From Malacoraja senta (taxonomy: Eukaryota), in NCBI GenBank assembly GCA_038087875.1, contig JAXLNO010000275.1:62001-101845 (forward strand): a DNA stretch of 39,845 nucleotides, in the 5' to 3' direction. This document shows, one piece after another, positions 23,001-35,251 of the stretch. The translations under genes and the position numbers were made by a program. The notes under the pieces were generated by a model that saw only the letters and a program-made list of their open reading frames with translations, had not been told where the DNA came from and searched no databases. Within the stretch, counting starts at the first letter, position 1. The number at the start of each line of letters is the position of its first letter.

Positions 23001-24106
23001 GAGTGGGGAGGATATTGGCCAACAACCCTTTAATCCCCATTGGGTCTAAAGAAGGGTCTCAACCCAAAACGGCTCCTATTCCTTCTCTCCAGGGATACAG
23101 CCTGACCCGCTGAGTTACTCCAGCTTTTTGTGTCTTTCCTCGGTGTAAACCAGCATCTGCAGTTCCATTATGCCCCCATGCCCAGCAGGCTTGTCTGTGG
23201 CTCGTTGCAATGTGAGGAGCTGGTGCCAAATTAAAGCAGCAACCAGCTCTGTGGAAAGAGCTACTGGAGCAGGTCGTTGAGGCAGGGACTATCGCAACGT
23301 TTAAGAAACATTTCGACAGGTACATGGATAGGGCAGGTTTAGAGGGCTATGGGCCAAAAGCAGGCAGGTGGGACCAGTGTAGATGGGACATGTTGGTTGG
23401 CGTGGGCAAGTTAGGCTGAAGGGTCTGTTTACACGCAAAATGACTATTAGTAAGGAAATAACAGCAACCTATTGATGGCCAGGACAAGCTTAAACCATTA
23501 GCACCAGCCGTTGTGCAGTAGAAAAGCTTTGCTACAGAAAACAAACAAAAAAAACTGCAGATGTTGGAAGTCTAAAAAGGAAATAGAATGTGCAGGAAAC
23601 TCACAGTAAGTCAGGCAGCTTCTGTAACTGCAGACTCAAGGATCTGCAGATGCTAGTTTACAAAACAAAGTCCCAGCGTGTGTGTAGCATGGTGTTAGTG
23701 TGAGGGATCGCTGGTCAACATGGACTCGGTGGGTTGAAGGGCCTGGTTCCGCGCTGTATCTCCAAAGTTTAAAGATAGTGTTAGTCAGAAGGGATCACTG
23801 GTCAGCATGGACTCGGTGGGCCGGAGGGCCTGGTTCCGCGCTGTATCTCTAAACTAGACTGAATTGGAGCGAGCTAAACTTCCCGCGGGGATAATGGCCA
23901 CTTCCCGTGTCGGCAGGAAGTGGGCCACATGGATGGCGGGACTGGGGTCAGGGGTCAGAAGATGGGGTCCTGAGGATGTGACACAACTGAGAGGGAAATA
24001 AGGGACCAGGAAACAGGAGCAGGAAGTCATAAACATATGGTCGGAGAGATCCTGTCCACAATCGCTCTAGATTGTATCAGTTTGGTTCCATTGGGCCTGA
24101 CTTGTG

Positions 24107-24419
24107 GCATGGTGGCGCAGCGGTAGAGTTGCTGCCTGACAGCGCTTTTAGCACCAGAGACCCAGGTTCGATCCCGACTACGGGGGTGCTGCCTGCGCGG
24201 AGTTTGTACGTTCTCCCCGTGACCCGCGTGGGTTTCCTCCGAGATCTTCGGTTTTCTCCCACACTCCAAAGGCGTACGGGTTTGTAGATTAATTGGCTTT
24301 GGTGTAAATGTAAATCGTCCCTAGTGTGTGTTGGATGGTGTTAATGTGCGGGGATCGCTGGTCGGCCCGGACTCGGTGGGCCGAAGGGCCTGTTTCCTCT
24401 CTGTACCTCTAAACTAGAC
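24107..24419 (+). mobile_element. V-SINE (HE1-like), full length
   Basis: A/B boxes, V-domain, tail. Confidence 0.85.
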
Positions 24420-24650
24420 TGAATGAAGCAGGAAAATGAAGTCTGAAGAAGGGTCTCGACCTGAAACGTCGCCCATTCCTTCTCTCCAGAGACGCTGCCT
24501 GTCCCGCTGAGTTACTCCAGCATTTTGTGTCTATCTTCGATTTAAACCAGCATCTGCAGTTCTTTCCTGCACAAGGGACATTAACTAGTCGGTTCACCAA
24601 CCTTGCCCACTTTCATCTCAGGCTAGGAAGCCAACATTCTTAAATGGCTT

Positions 24651-24906
24651 AAGAAGGAACTGCAGATGCTGGAAAATCGAAGGTAGACAAAAATGCTGGA
24701 GAAACTCTATGGAGCAAAGGAAATAGGCAACGTTTCGGGCCGAAACCCTGAAGGAAATAGGCAACGTTTCAGGCCGAAACCCTGAAGGAAATAGGCAACG
24801 TTTCAGGACGAAACCCTTCCGGGTTTCGGCCCGAAACGTTGCCTATTTCCTTCGCTCCATAGATGCTGCTGCACCCGCTGAGTTTCTCCAGCACTTTTGT
24901 CTACCA
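24651..24906. mobile_element. Fold-back Penelope-like derivative with 3 copies of the 34-nt unit
   Basis: Same arms as 13722-14058; unit aaggaaataggcaacgtttcaggccgaaaccctg in the opposite orientation. Confidence 0.8.
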
Positions 24907-25254
24907 GTGTTAAATGGTTATCTGTGGTGTGGACATGACACATTTTAATTCCCTGTTAAACGTCTGCAACAACCCACTCTTGGCCAGAAATGTACCACAA
25001 CATACATGGATCCAAAGTTGCATCCTGCCTGGGTCAAACAATTCGAACAGACAGGAACAGATAGGTACTTACGGAGACCGGTGGACACTGCCCGTACCAT
25101 CACAGGTACTGACCTCCCCACCTTCGAAGGGATCTACAGGAGGCGCTGCCTCAAATAGGGCAGCCAGCATCATCAGAGACCCACTCCACCCTGCCCACTC
25201 TCTCATTTCACCCCTGCCATCAGGATGAAGGTACAGGAATCAAAAAAGACCCAG

Positions 25255-25527
25255 AACAATAGACAATAGACAATAGGTGCAGGAGTCGGCCATTTGGCCC
25301 TTCGAGCCAGCACCGCCATTCAATGTGATCATGGCTGATCATCCCCAATCAGTACCCCGTTCCTGCCTTCTCCCCATATCCCCTGACTCCGCTATTTTTA
25401 AGAGCCCTATCTAGCTCTCTCTTGAAAGCATCCAGAGAACCGGCCTCCACCGCCCTCTGAGGCAGAGAATTCCACAAACTCACAACTCTCTGCGAGAAAA
25501 AGTGTTTCCTCGTCTGCGTTCTAAATG
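25255..25527 (-). mobile_element. CR1 LINE 3' fragment
   Basis: Minus ORF FFSQRVVSLWNSLPQRAVEAGSLDAFKRELD plus UTR. Confidence 0.85.
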
Positions 25528-25580
25528 ACAACGTCACCTATTCCTTTTCTCCAGAGATGCCGTCTGACCCCACTGAGGTA

Positions 25581-25800
25581 AGGGCCTGTCCCACTTTCAG
25601 GTCCTAATTCACGACCTTTTTTTACTCGTGGACATTTTTCATCAGGCTAGAAAAAACGCCCCGACCTACTTGATGCCACGAGTAGCTACGACTAGCATCA
25701 CGGCCTGCTACGTCCTACCTACGACCTCGTGACGACCATGCTGCGAATATGAGTCAAGGGCAGAGGTCGTGAATTAGGTCGTGAAAGTGGGACAGGCTCT
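25581..25800. mobile_element. MITE, 220 bp (PIF/Harbinger-like, superfamily uncertain)
   Basis: 37-bp TIRs matching at 34/37 (agggcctgtcccactttcaggtcctaattcacgacct / aggtcgtgaattaggtcgtgaaagtgggacaggctct). It splits a Penelope tail at ctgagTTActcc. Confidence 0.8.
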
Positions 25801-26725
25801 ATACTCCAGCTTTTTGTGTCTATCTACGGTAAAAACCGTGACCCACCAGGTTGAAGAACAGCTTCTTCCCAACCACCATTTTGAACGGTAATAAGGAGAA
25901 ATGTCTTTGCCCATGAATGCTTACACCACAAAGCTTTGGAGGCTCAATTATTGATTGCATTCAAACCAGAGATTAATTAATATGTTTCTGGTTAAAGATA
26001 GTTCTGCTATCTTTCGTGAGATAATTGAGTTCCTTGTGTTGAAGAGAATCACGTTGTAAAAACAATTGGGGGGAAAAGGGGTTTCAGACTTGTGATAATA
26101 TGTTTACAACAGAATCTTCAATGGAGAGGTATTTTTAATTGCTGTAAGTTCGGTTTTGTTACTGCAAGCTAAAGGTACCAAAGGCTGTATGTTACATTGT
26201 TGAAACAAGGAACTGCAGATACTGGTTCACAAAAAAAGGACACAGAGTACTGGAGTAACTCAGCAGGTCAGGAAGCATCTCTGGAGGACGTTGGTCAATT
26301 GGTGATGTTTGAAGAAGGGTCTTGACCCGAAATGTCACCTATTCCCTTTTCTCCATAGATGCTGTCTGACCTGCTGAGTTACTCCAGCATTTTGTGTCCA
26401 CCTTCTGAAGAAGATTGTCACCTTGTTTAAACAGAGTTCATTGCAATGATTCCGAATGCCAATGGCCACCAGACTGCGTTACTAGGATACAACAGTGTTT
26501 GTTTACGGCAGAGAGGTTACAGGGAAACATTTTTTTTCTTCCCTGGACTGTTTATTTCCCCAAGACAGCTTTTTCATCTGTTTGTCGATTTCCAAGGTAA
26601 CTTTTAAGTGGTCCTCTATTTCCCGATCAAAATCACATAACAACCAAAATAGTGTTCCCAAATTCATCAATTACATCCTGTTAATGTTATGGAAACAGAC
26701 ATTATGGCAGAACAACTTGAAGGGG

Positions 26726-27176
26726 CGGCACGGTGGCTCAGCGGAGGGGTTGCTGCCTTACAGTGCCAGTGATCTGGGTTCGATCCTGACTACGGGTGCT
26801 GTCTGTACGGAGTTTGTACGTTCTGTCCATGTCCCTAGAATCCCTAGAATCTTCCAATACAAATTTAGATTAGTTGAGAGATACAGCGCGGAAACAGGCC
26901 CCTTCGGCCCACCGAGTCCGCGCCGACCAGCGATCCCCACACCTTAACAATATCCGACACACTCCAGGGACAATTTTTTTTACATTTACAGGAAGCCAAT
27001 TAACCTCCAAACAATGTAGGTCTTTTGCAGTGTGGGAGGAAACCGAAGATCTCGGAGAAAACCCACGCAGGTCACGGGGAGAAGGTACAAACTCCGTACG
27101 GACAGCAACCGTAGTCACGAACGAACCCGGGTCTCTGGCGCCGTGAGGCAGTAACTCTACCGCTGCGCCACCGTGC
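26726..27176. mobile_element. Two V-SINEs in inverted orientation (5' part 26726-26826 +; full copy 26866-27176 -)
   Basis: SINE heads point toward each other. Confidence 0.8.
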
Positions 27177-27664
27177 CTCTTTGTTCATGAAAATGTTCAG
27201 TGGTGGATGTTCTGGTATCAGTTTGAGAGGAAAACTAGAAAAGGGGAATGAATCAGTTCTACCCCGATGTCCGTATCAGGTGATGGTTTCAGAAATCTTA
27301 GACAGACACAAAATACTGGAGTAACTCAGCGGGTCAGGCAGCATCTCCGGAGAAAAGGAATGGGTGGCATTTTTGGACGAGAGTCTGAACTATGATCTAA
27401 CTATTTGGTGACCCTCGGACTATCCTTGATCGGACTTTGCTGGCTTTACCTTGCACTGAATGTTTTTCGCTTTTCATGTATCTGTACTCTGTAAAAGGCT
27501 CGATTGTAGTCATATATTGTCTTTCTCCTGACTGGGTAGCACGCAACAAAAGCTTTTCACTGTACACGTGACAATAAACTAAACTGAGGAATTGTTTTCA
27601 CAGAAGCCAATTAACCAAGGTAGGGTCTTGACCCGAAACGCCACCTATTCCTTTTCTAAACCCA

Positions 27665-28450
27665 CTGAACAGTGAAAGGCCTGGATAGAGTGGACGTGGA
27701 GAGGATGTTTCTACTGTCGGAAGAGTCTGGGACGAGAGGTCACAGCTTCCGAATAAAAGGACGTCCCTTTAGAAATGAGATGAGGAGGAATTTCTTTCGT
27801 CAGAGGCTGGTGAATCTGTGGAATTAGAAACATAGAAACATAGAAAATAGGTGCAGGAGTAGGCCATTCGGCCCTTCGAGCCTGCACCGCCATTCAATAT
27901 GATCATGGCTGATCATTCAACTCAGTATCCCGTACCTGCCTTCTCTCCATACCCCCTGATCCCTTTAGCCACAAGGGCCACATCTAACTCCCTCTTAAAT
28001 ATAGCCAATGAACTGGCCTCAACTACCCTCTGTGGCAGAGAGTTCCAGAGATTCACCACTCTCTGTGTGAAAACGTTTTTCCTCATCTCGGTCTTAAAGG
28101 ATTTCCCCTTATCCTTAAGCTGTGACCCCCTTGTCCTGGACTTCCCCAACATCGGGAACAATCTTCCTGCATCTAGCCTGTCCAACCCCATAAGAATTTT
28201 GTACGTTTCTATAAGATCCCCTCTCAATCTCCTAAATTCATTGCCACAGAAGGCTATGGGGTCATTGGATATTTTTAAGGCGGAGATTGAGAGATTCTTG
28301 ATTAGGAAGAGTGATTGTCGATTAGTCAGGGGTTATGGGGAGATGGCAGGAGAATGGGGTTGAGAGAGAAAGATAGATCAGCCATGATTGAATGGTGGAG
28401 TAGACTTGATGGGCCGAATGGCCTAATTCTACTCCTAGAACTTATGAGCT
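27665..28450 (+). mobile_element. CR1 3' fragment with a nested antisense CR1 (~27826-28236)
   Basis: Host is split at gtggaatt|cattgccacag. The insert encodes RGDLIETYKILMGLDRLDAGRLFPMLGKSRTRG on the minus strand. Confidence 0.85.
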
Positions 28451-28592
28451 GGGTGGGTGGGTGGGGGAGATATTGGCCAACACCCCCATTTTGGTCTGAA
28501 GGAGGATGGCCGACCCACTGAGTTACTGCAGCATTTAGTGTCTATCTTCGGTGTGGAACAGCATCTGCAGTTCCTTCCAGCGCAACTCTTAC

Positions 28593-28759
28593 TTGCTTGA
28601 CCCGGTCGGGGTTGACGTTGGTCTGGGGTTGGAGGATGTTGACCGGCTCCGCCTTGCCGACATTCTGCGGCATCTCCCGGACCTTCTCCGCGATGAAGTC
28701 ATGGACGGCGTTCAAAGCCTCCACCGTCCCCTGGATCAGGCAAACCCTCTCGGTAGTAC
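28593..28759 (-). CDS. NOVA2: Internal coding exon (exon 3 equivalent; end of KH1 plus KH1-KH2 linker) of NOVA-family neuronal RNA-binding splicing regulator; NOVA2 favoured, NOVA1 not excluded
   Basis: Minus strand reads ttgacccttccttctttccttccttccgcccgcag|GT ACT ACC GAG...GTC AAG CAA|gtaag. The exon is 167 nt with phase-1 start and phase-0 end, translating (G)[55 protein letters not shown]. This matches my recollection of NOVA1/2 exon 3 in sequence, length and phase. Family call is near certain; paralog call is about 0.65. Confidence 0.95.
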
Positions 28760-28929
28760 CTGCGGGCGGAAGGAAGGAAAGAAGGAAGGGTCAAGCTCAC
28801 GATCTCATCTCCCGGAGCAGAAAGGTCCAAGCGCCAGCACGGATTCACCTTGCCCTTTACAGTGACCCCAGCTACTCGCTGCCTCGGCAAGGCCAGCAGC
28901 ACAACCAAGGACCAGTCTCACCACCTCTT

Positions 28930-29503
28930 AGAAACATAGAAACATAGAAAATAGGTGCAGGAGTAGGCCATTCGGCCCCTCAAGCCTGCACCGCCATTCA
29001 ATATGATCATGGCTGATCATCCAACTCAGTATCCTGTACCTGCCTTCTCTCCATACCCCCTGATCCCTTTAGCCACAAGGGCCACATCTAACTCCCTCTT
29101 AAATATAGCCAATGAACTGGCCTCAACTACCCTCTGTGGCAGAGAATTCCACAGATTCACCACTCTCTGTGTGAAAAATGTTTTTCTCATCTCGGTCCTA
29201 AAAGACTTCCCCTTTCTTATTTTCTTTTGGTGCTTTTGAAATTGAATTCTGTCCTTGATTTGTGTACTGTGGTGTTTTTTTAATTTAATTTATTCCGATT
29301 ATGTGTTTTTTTGTTTTGTTGTGATTCTATGCATTGTAAGGTGTCCTTGGGTTTTAGAAAGGCGCCAGTAAATAAAATGATTATTATTATTATTATTATC
29401 CTTAAACTGTGTGACCCCTTGTCCTGGACTTCCCCAACATCGGGAACAATCTTCCTGCATCTAGCCTGTCCAACCCCTTAAGAATCTTGTAAGTCTCTAT
29501 AAG
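28930..29503 (-). mobile_element. CR1 3' fragment interrupted by an L2-type 3' tail
   Basis: Host is split at gacttcccctt|atccttaaactg. Confidence 0.8.
29215..29397 (+). mobile_element. L2-type LINE/SINE 3' tail
   Basis: T-rich UTR, then tgtaaggtgtccttgggttttagaaaggcgc..taaataaaatg(att)n, resembling L2-clade stem-loop tails. Confidence 0.6.
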
Positions 29504-29839
29504 TTTCTCTTCTCCCCATCAAGTCAAGTCTATTCATCACATACACATAGGAGATGTGCAGTCAAATGAAACGTGGCAATGCTCGCAGACTTTGGGCAAA
29601 AAACCACAAACAAACAAACTACAAACAGAATGGAACAGAATCACATATTATTTTACATATTACATATTGTGGGCGGAAGGAAAAAGGAGAGAAAAACTGC
29701 AATAAAAAAAAAACTGTAGAATGGTACAGTAAAGTTAGTCCCTGATGAGGTAGGAGGCATCAGGCAAGGCATCAGCAGTGCTGGCTCGAAGGGCCGAAGG
29801 GCCTATTCCTGCACCTACTTTTCTATGTGTCTAAGAGGG

Positions 29840-30990
29840 ACAGAAGTGTGAAAACAAACGCACACCTCCAGATTCAGAGACAGTTTCTTCCCAGCTGTTA
29901 CCAGGCAACTGAACCATCCTACCACAACCGGAGAGCGGTCCTGAACTACTATCTACCTCATTGGTGACCCTCGGACCTATCCTTGAGTCAAGAGTGTTTT
30001 ATTGTCATGTGTCACGGACGGGACAATGAAATTCTTACTTGCTGCAGCACAACAGAATATGTGAATATGTAAACATTGTATACAACGGGAAAAAAAAGAA
30101 AAAGTTCACTAAATAACAAATATAGTACAAATAACAAATAATAATAGTCTTTTGCAGTTCAGAGCTCAGAGCTTATTCGTTGTGTTTAATAGCCTGATGG
30201 CTGTGGGGAAGTAGCTATTCCTGAACCTGGACGTTACAGTCTTCAGGCTCCTGTACCTTCTACCTGATGAGATGAGTGTGTGGCCAGGATGGTGTGGGTC
30301 CTTGATGATGTTGGCTGCCTTCTTGAGGCAGCGACTGCGACAGATCCCCTCGACGGTGGGAGGTCAGGGCCGGCGATGGACTGGGCAGTGGTCACAACTT
30401 TTTGCAGCCTTTTTCGCTCCTGGATGTCACCCCCCTGATCGGACTTTACAGGCTTTACCTTTCCTCTCACCAACTAGAGAGTGGTCCTGACTTCCCAACA
30501 GGAAGAAGATTGGGCTTTATTGCTTTCTATCACAGTGAGGAATGTGGAATCCACTGGGGTGGATGTTTATGTTAACTATTATATGGTTATGTATCCTGTT
30601 GCTTTTCACTTAGCTTGGCTGTATAGTAACTCAAATTCCACTACACATGTGACAACAAACTGACTTTGAATGCTTGAGTCTCACTGAAGACCCTCGGACT
30701 ATCTTTAATTTGCGCTAAATATCCTGTATCTGTGCCCGCCTCGATTTGAATCATGCGCAGTCTTTCCGCTGCCTGGTTAGCACGCAACAAAAAGCTTTTC
30801 ACTGTATTTAAGAAGGAACTGCAGATGCTGGAAAATCGAAGGTAGACAAAAATGCTGGAGAAACTCAGCGGGTGCAGCAGCGTCTATGGAGCGAAGGAGA
30901 TAGGCAACGTTTCGGGCCTAAACCCTTCTTCAGACCTTGTTTGTGTACCTTAGCTTTTCACTGTACCTCGGTACACGTGACAATAAACTG
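29840..30990. mobile_element. Patchwork of Rex1/Babar 3' fragments (+ 29840-29985, - 29985-30425, + to ~30990)
   Basis: cacctccagattcagagacagtttcttcccagc motif, minus ORF ERKRLQKVVTTAQSIAGPDLP, and gtgacaataaactg tails. Confidence 0.65.
30809..30937 (-). mobile_element. Penelope-like tail with intact minimal hammerhead motif
   Basis: Minus strand: aggt CTGAAGA a gggt ttag gccc GAAA CGTT gcct. Confidence 0.7.
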
Positions 30991-31195
30991 AGCAACAGGG
31001 AAGTCGTGATGAAGCGTTACGGAACCCTAAAGGCTGTATTTGGCGTATTGTGTGCAGTTTTGGTCGCCCCCATTACAGGAAGGATGTGGAGCCTTTGGAG
31101 AGGATTAGACGGTGTTAGCTACAGGGAGAATTTAGACAAACTTGAATTGTTCTTTTCTGGAGCTTCGGAGGTTGAGGAAGACTTAATGGAAGTAT

Positions 31196-31460
31196 CTTAG
31201 TTTAGTTTAGAGATACAGCGTGGAAACAGGCCCTTCGGCCCACCGGGTCCACACCAACCAGCGATCCCCGCACACTAACACCACCCTACACCCACCAGGG
31301 ACAATTTTTACATTTATACCAAGCCAATTAACCTACAAACCTGTACGTCTTTGGAGTGTGGGAGGAAACTGAAGAACTCGGAGAAAACCCACGCAGGTCA
31401 CGGGGAGAACGTACAAACTCCGTACAGACGGCAACCACAGTCGGGATTGAACCCGGGTCA
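31196..31460 (-). mobile_element. V-SINE (HE1-like)
   Basis: Reverse complement of B box, V-domain and tail. Confidence 0.85.
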
Positions 31461-31489
31461 CAGTCATTATCACTCATACGCCAACACTA

Positions 31490-32034
<545 letters not shown>

Positions 32035-32444
32035 TAAACCCAAACGCACAGGTATAAACAAGTCAGAAAGCAATGTGCTGGAGGAACTCAGCGGGTCAGG
32101 CAGCATCTCCGGCGGGAAATAGACAAACCACATTTCGAGTTGGGACCGTTCTTCAGAGTCTGAAGGAAAGCCCCGACCTAAAATGCTGCCTTTTCAGATG
32201 CTGCCTGACCCGCTGAGTTCCTCCGGCACTGTGTCTTTTGCTGAAGATTTCAGCATCTGCAGTTCCTTGTGTCTCCGTGTACAAATAAATGTGTCAGTAT
32301 TAATTTACACATATGCCCACATGACATATACGCACACAAAAGGATGTGCACAATTGTGGGCTTAAACGCATGAACACATACTCTAGCACCTGTACACAGA
32401 TGAAGTTTGATCATACGTACACGAACGCACAGATATTACAGGCA

Positions 32445-32966
<522 letters not shown>

Positions 32967-33465
32967 GAAAGGAATAGGTAATGTTTTGGTTAGAGACCCT
33001 TCTTCAGACCCGAAACGTCACCCATTCCTTCTCTCCAGAGATGCTGCCCGTCCCGCTGAGTTACTCCAGCATTTTGTGTAAACCAGCATCTGCAGTTCCT
33101 TCCTACCCATAACATACACATGTAATCAGGCACGTGTGCATGTATCCGCGCACATATTTACACGTACACATAAACAAACAAGCACACACAGTTAGACAAG
33201 TGTCCACACATACACACACATGCTTCCTCCCCCTCCCCCATCTCTCTCTCCCAGCCCCCCCCCCCCCCTCCTCTGGGATGGCATCTGTCACAGAGTTCTG
33301 GCAGAAGATTGAGAACTAGGATCTGGGGAGTCTTTATCTGAATCGTTAGATTGTAATACGATCTGGGAATGTTTGTTAAAGACATCGAGGAAGGGAAAAC
33401 AAATCTATGGAGTTCAAATGGCGGTTTAAACTCGGGCAAGATGAGTCACTTGTTTTTGATACTGC

Positions 33466-33693
33466 AGGGAGAAAGATGGAGAGAGGAGAGAGGGGGGGAG
33501 GGAGGGAGATGTAGGGATGGAGAGGGAGAGGTGAGGGGGAGATGAAGTGAGTGAGTGAGAGAGAGGGGAGGAAGGATGGGGAGGGAGAGGGAGAGGGAGA
33601 GGGAGAGGGAGAGGGAGAGGGAGAGGAGAGGGAGAGGGAGAGGGAGAGGGAGAGAGGGAGGGAGGGAGGGAGAGAGGGAGGGAGGGAGGGAGG

Positions 33694-33740
<47 letters not shown>

Positions 33741-34400
33741 GATGGAGGGATGGAGAGGAAGATGGGAGGGAGAGAAGTGAGTGAGGGAGAAGGGGAAGGA
33801 GGGATGGGGTGGGAGGAAGGGAGGGGGTGGAGAGAGGGAGGGAGGGAGGGAGTGAGTGAGAGAGAGAGAAAGAGGAGAGAGGGTGGAGATGGAGGGATGG
33901 AAAGGAAGATGGGAGGAAGAGAAGGCGTGAGGGAGACAATAAACAATAGGTGCAGGAGTAGGCCATTCGGCCCGACGAGCTGAAAGAAGGGGAGGGAGGG
34001 GAAGGGGGAGTGGGAGGGAGAGGGAGAGGGAGAGAGAGGGTGTGAGAGGAAGGTAGGGAGAGAGGGAAGAGATGGAGGGATGGAGACAGAGGGAGAAAAG
34101 GAGTGAGTGAGTGAGACAGAGGGGGAAGGAGGGATGGGATGGGAGGGAGGGAGTGTGAGAGAGAGAGCTAGAGGGAGGGAGAGCGTGAGAGGAAGGGAGG
34201 GAGAGGAGGAGAAAGGGAGAGGGGGATCAGGAGAGGGAGAGAGGGAAGGGGGTGGGAGAATGAAGGAGAGATAAGGCACATAGACAGTAAAGAAGAATGA
34301 AGAAAGAGAGAGTGGAGAGAGACCGAACCAGATAGAGGAGACACAAAGGGGAGGGGAAGAGAGAGCGGAAAGAGCGTCAGAGACTGAGAGAAAGACAAGG
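33466..34400. repeat. GA-rich polypurine tract with an internal ~120-nt duplication
   Basis: Seen directly. The block gtggagatggagggatggagaggaagatgggagg recurs at ~33735 and ~33882. Confidence 0.95.
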
Positions 34401-34464
34401 AGGTGTTTGGGGATCAGAGCCACAGAGCTGCAGACAGAGGGAGATACTGTTGCTGAAACAGAAC

Positions 34465-34652
34465 GATACACACACAGTTTTACTCATGTACACACACACA
34501 CACATTGATAAACACACACGCACTCTCATACACAAGCTCTCTCTCATACATTAACACACACGCACATTAACATGTTTCCATATACACAGTAACACGTTAG
34601 AACACACACACACACACACACACACGCAGACACACACACACACACACACGCA

Positions 34653-34736
<84 letters not shown>

Positions 34737-35251
34737 ATACATACACACTGACTCACTGGATGACAGGTCCCACACACACACTGACCCTCACACAGACACA
34801 CTGACCCTCACACACACACATACTGACCCCCCCACACACGCGCACACACATACTGACCCACACACACACACACACACATATATATTGACCTAGACACACA
34901 CACACACCCTGACCCACACACACACACTGACCCTCACACACACTGACCCACACACACTGACACATACACACTGACCCTCACACACACTGACCCTCACACA
35001 CACTGACCCACACACACTGACACATACACACTGACCCTCACACACACTGACCCTCACACACACACACTGACCCTCACACACACACACCCACACACACTGA
35101 CCCACACACACACACACTGACCCACACACACTGACCCACACACACACTGACAAACACTGACCCTCACACACACTGACCCACACACACACTGACACACACT
35201 GACCCACACACACACTGACACACACTGACCCACACACACACTGACCCTCAC
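34465..35251. repeat. (CA)n plus (CACACACTGACCC[T])n minisatellite
   Basis: Seen directly. Confidence 0.95.
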
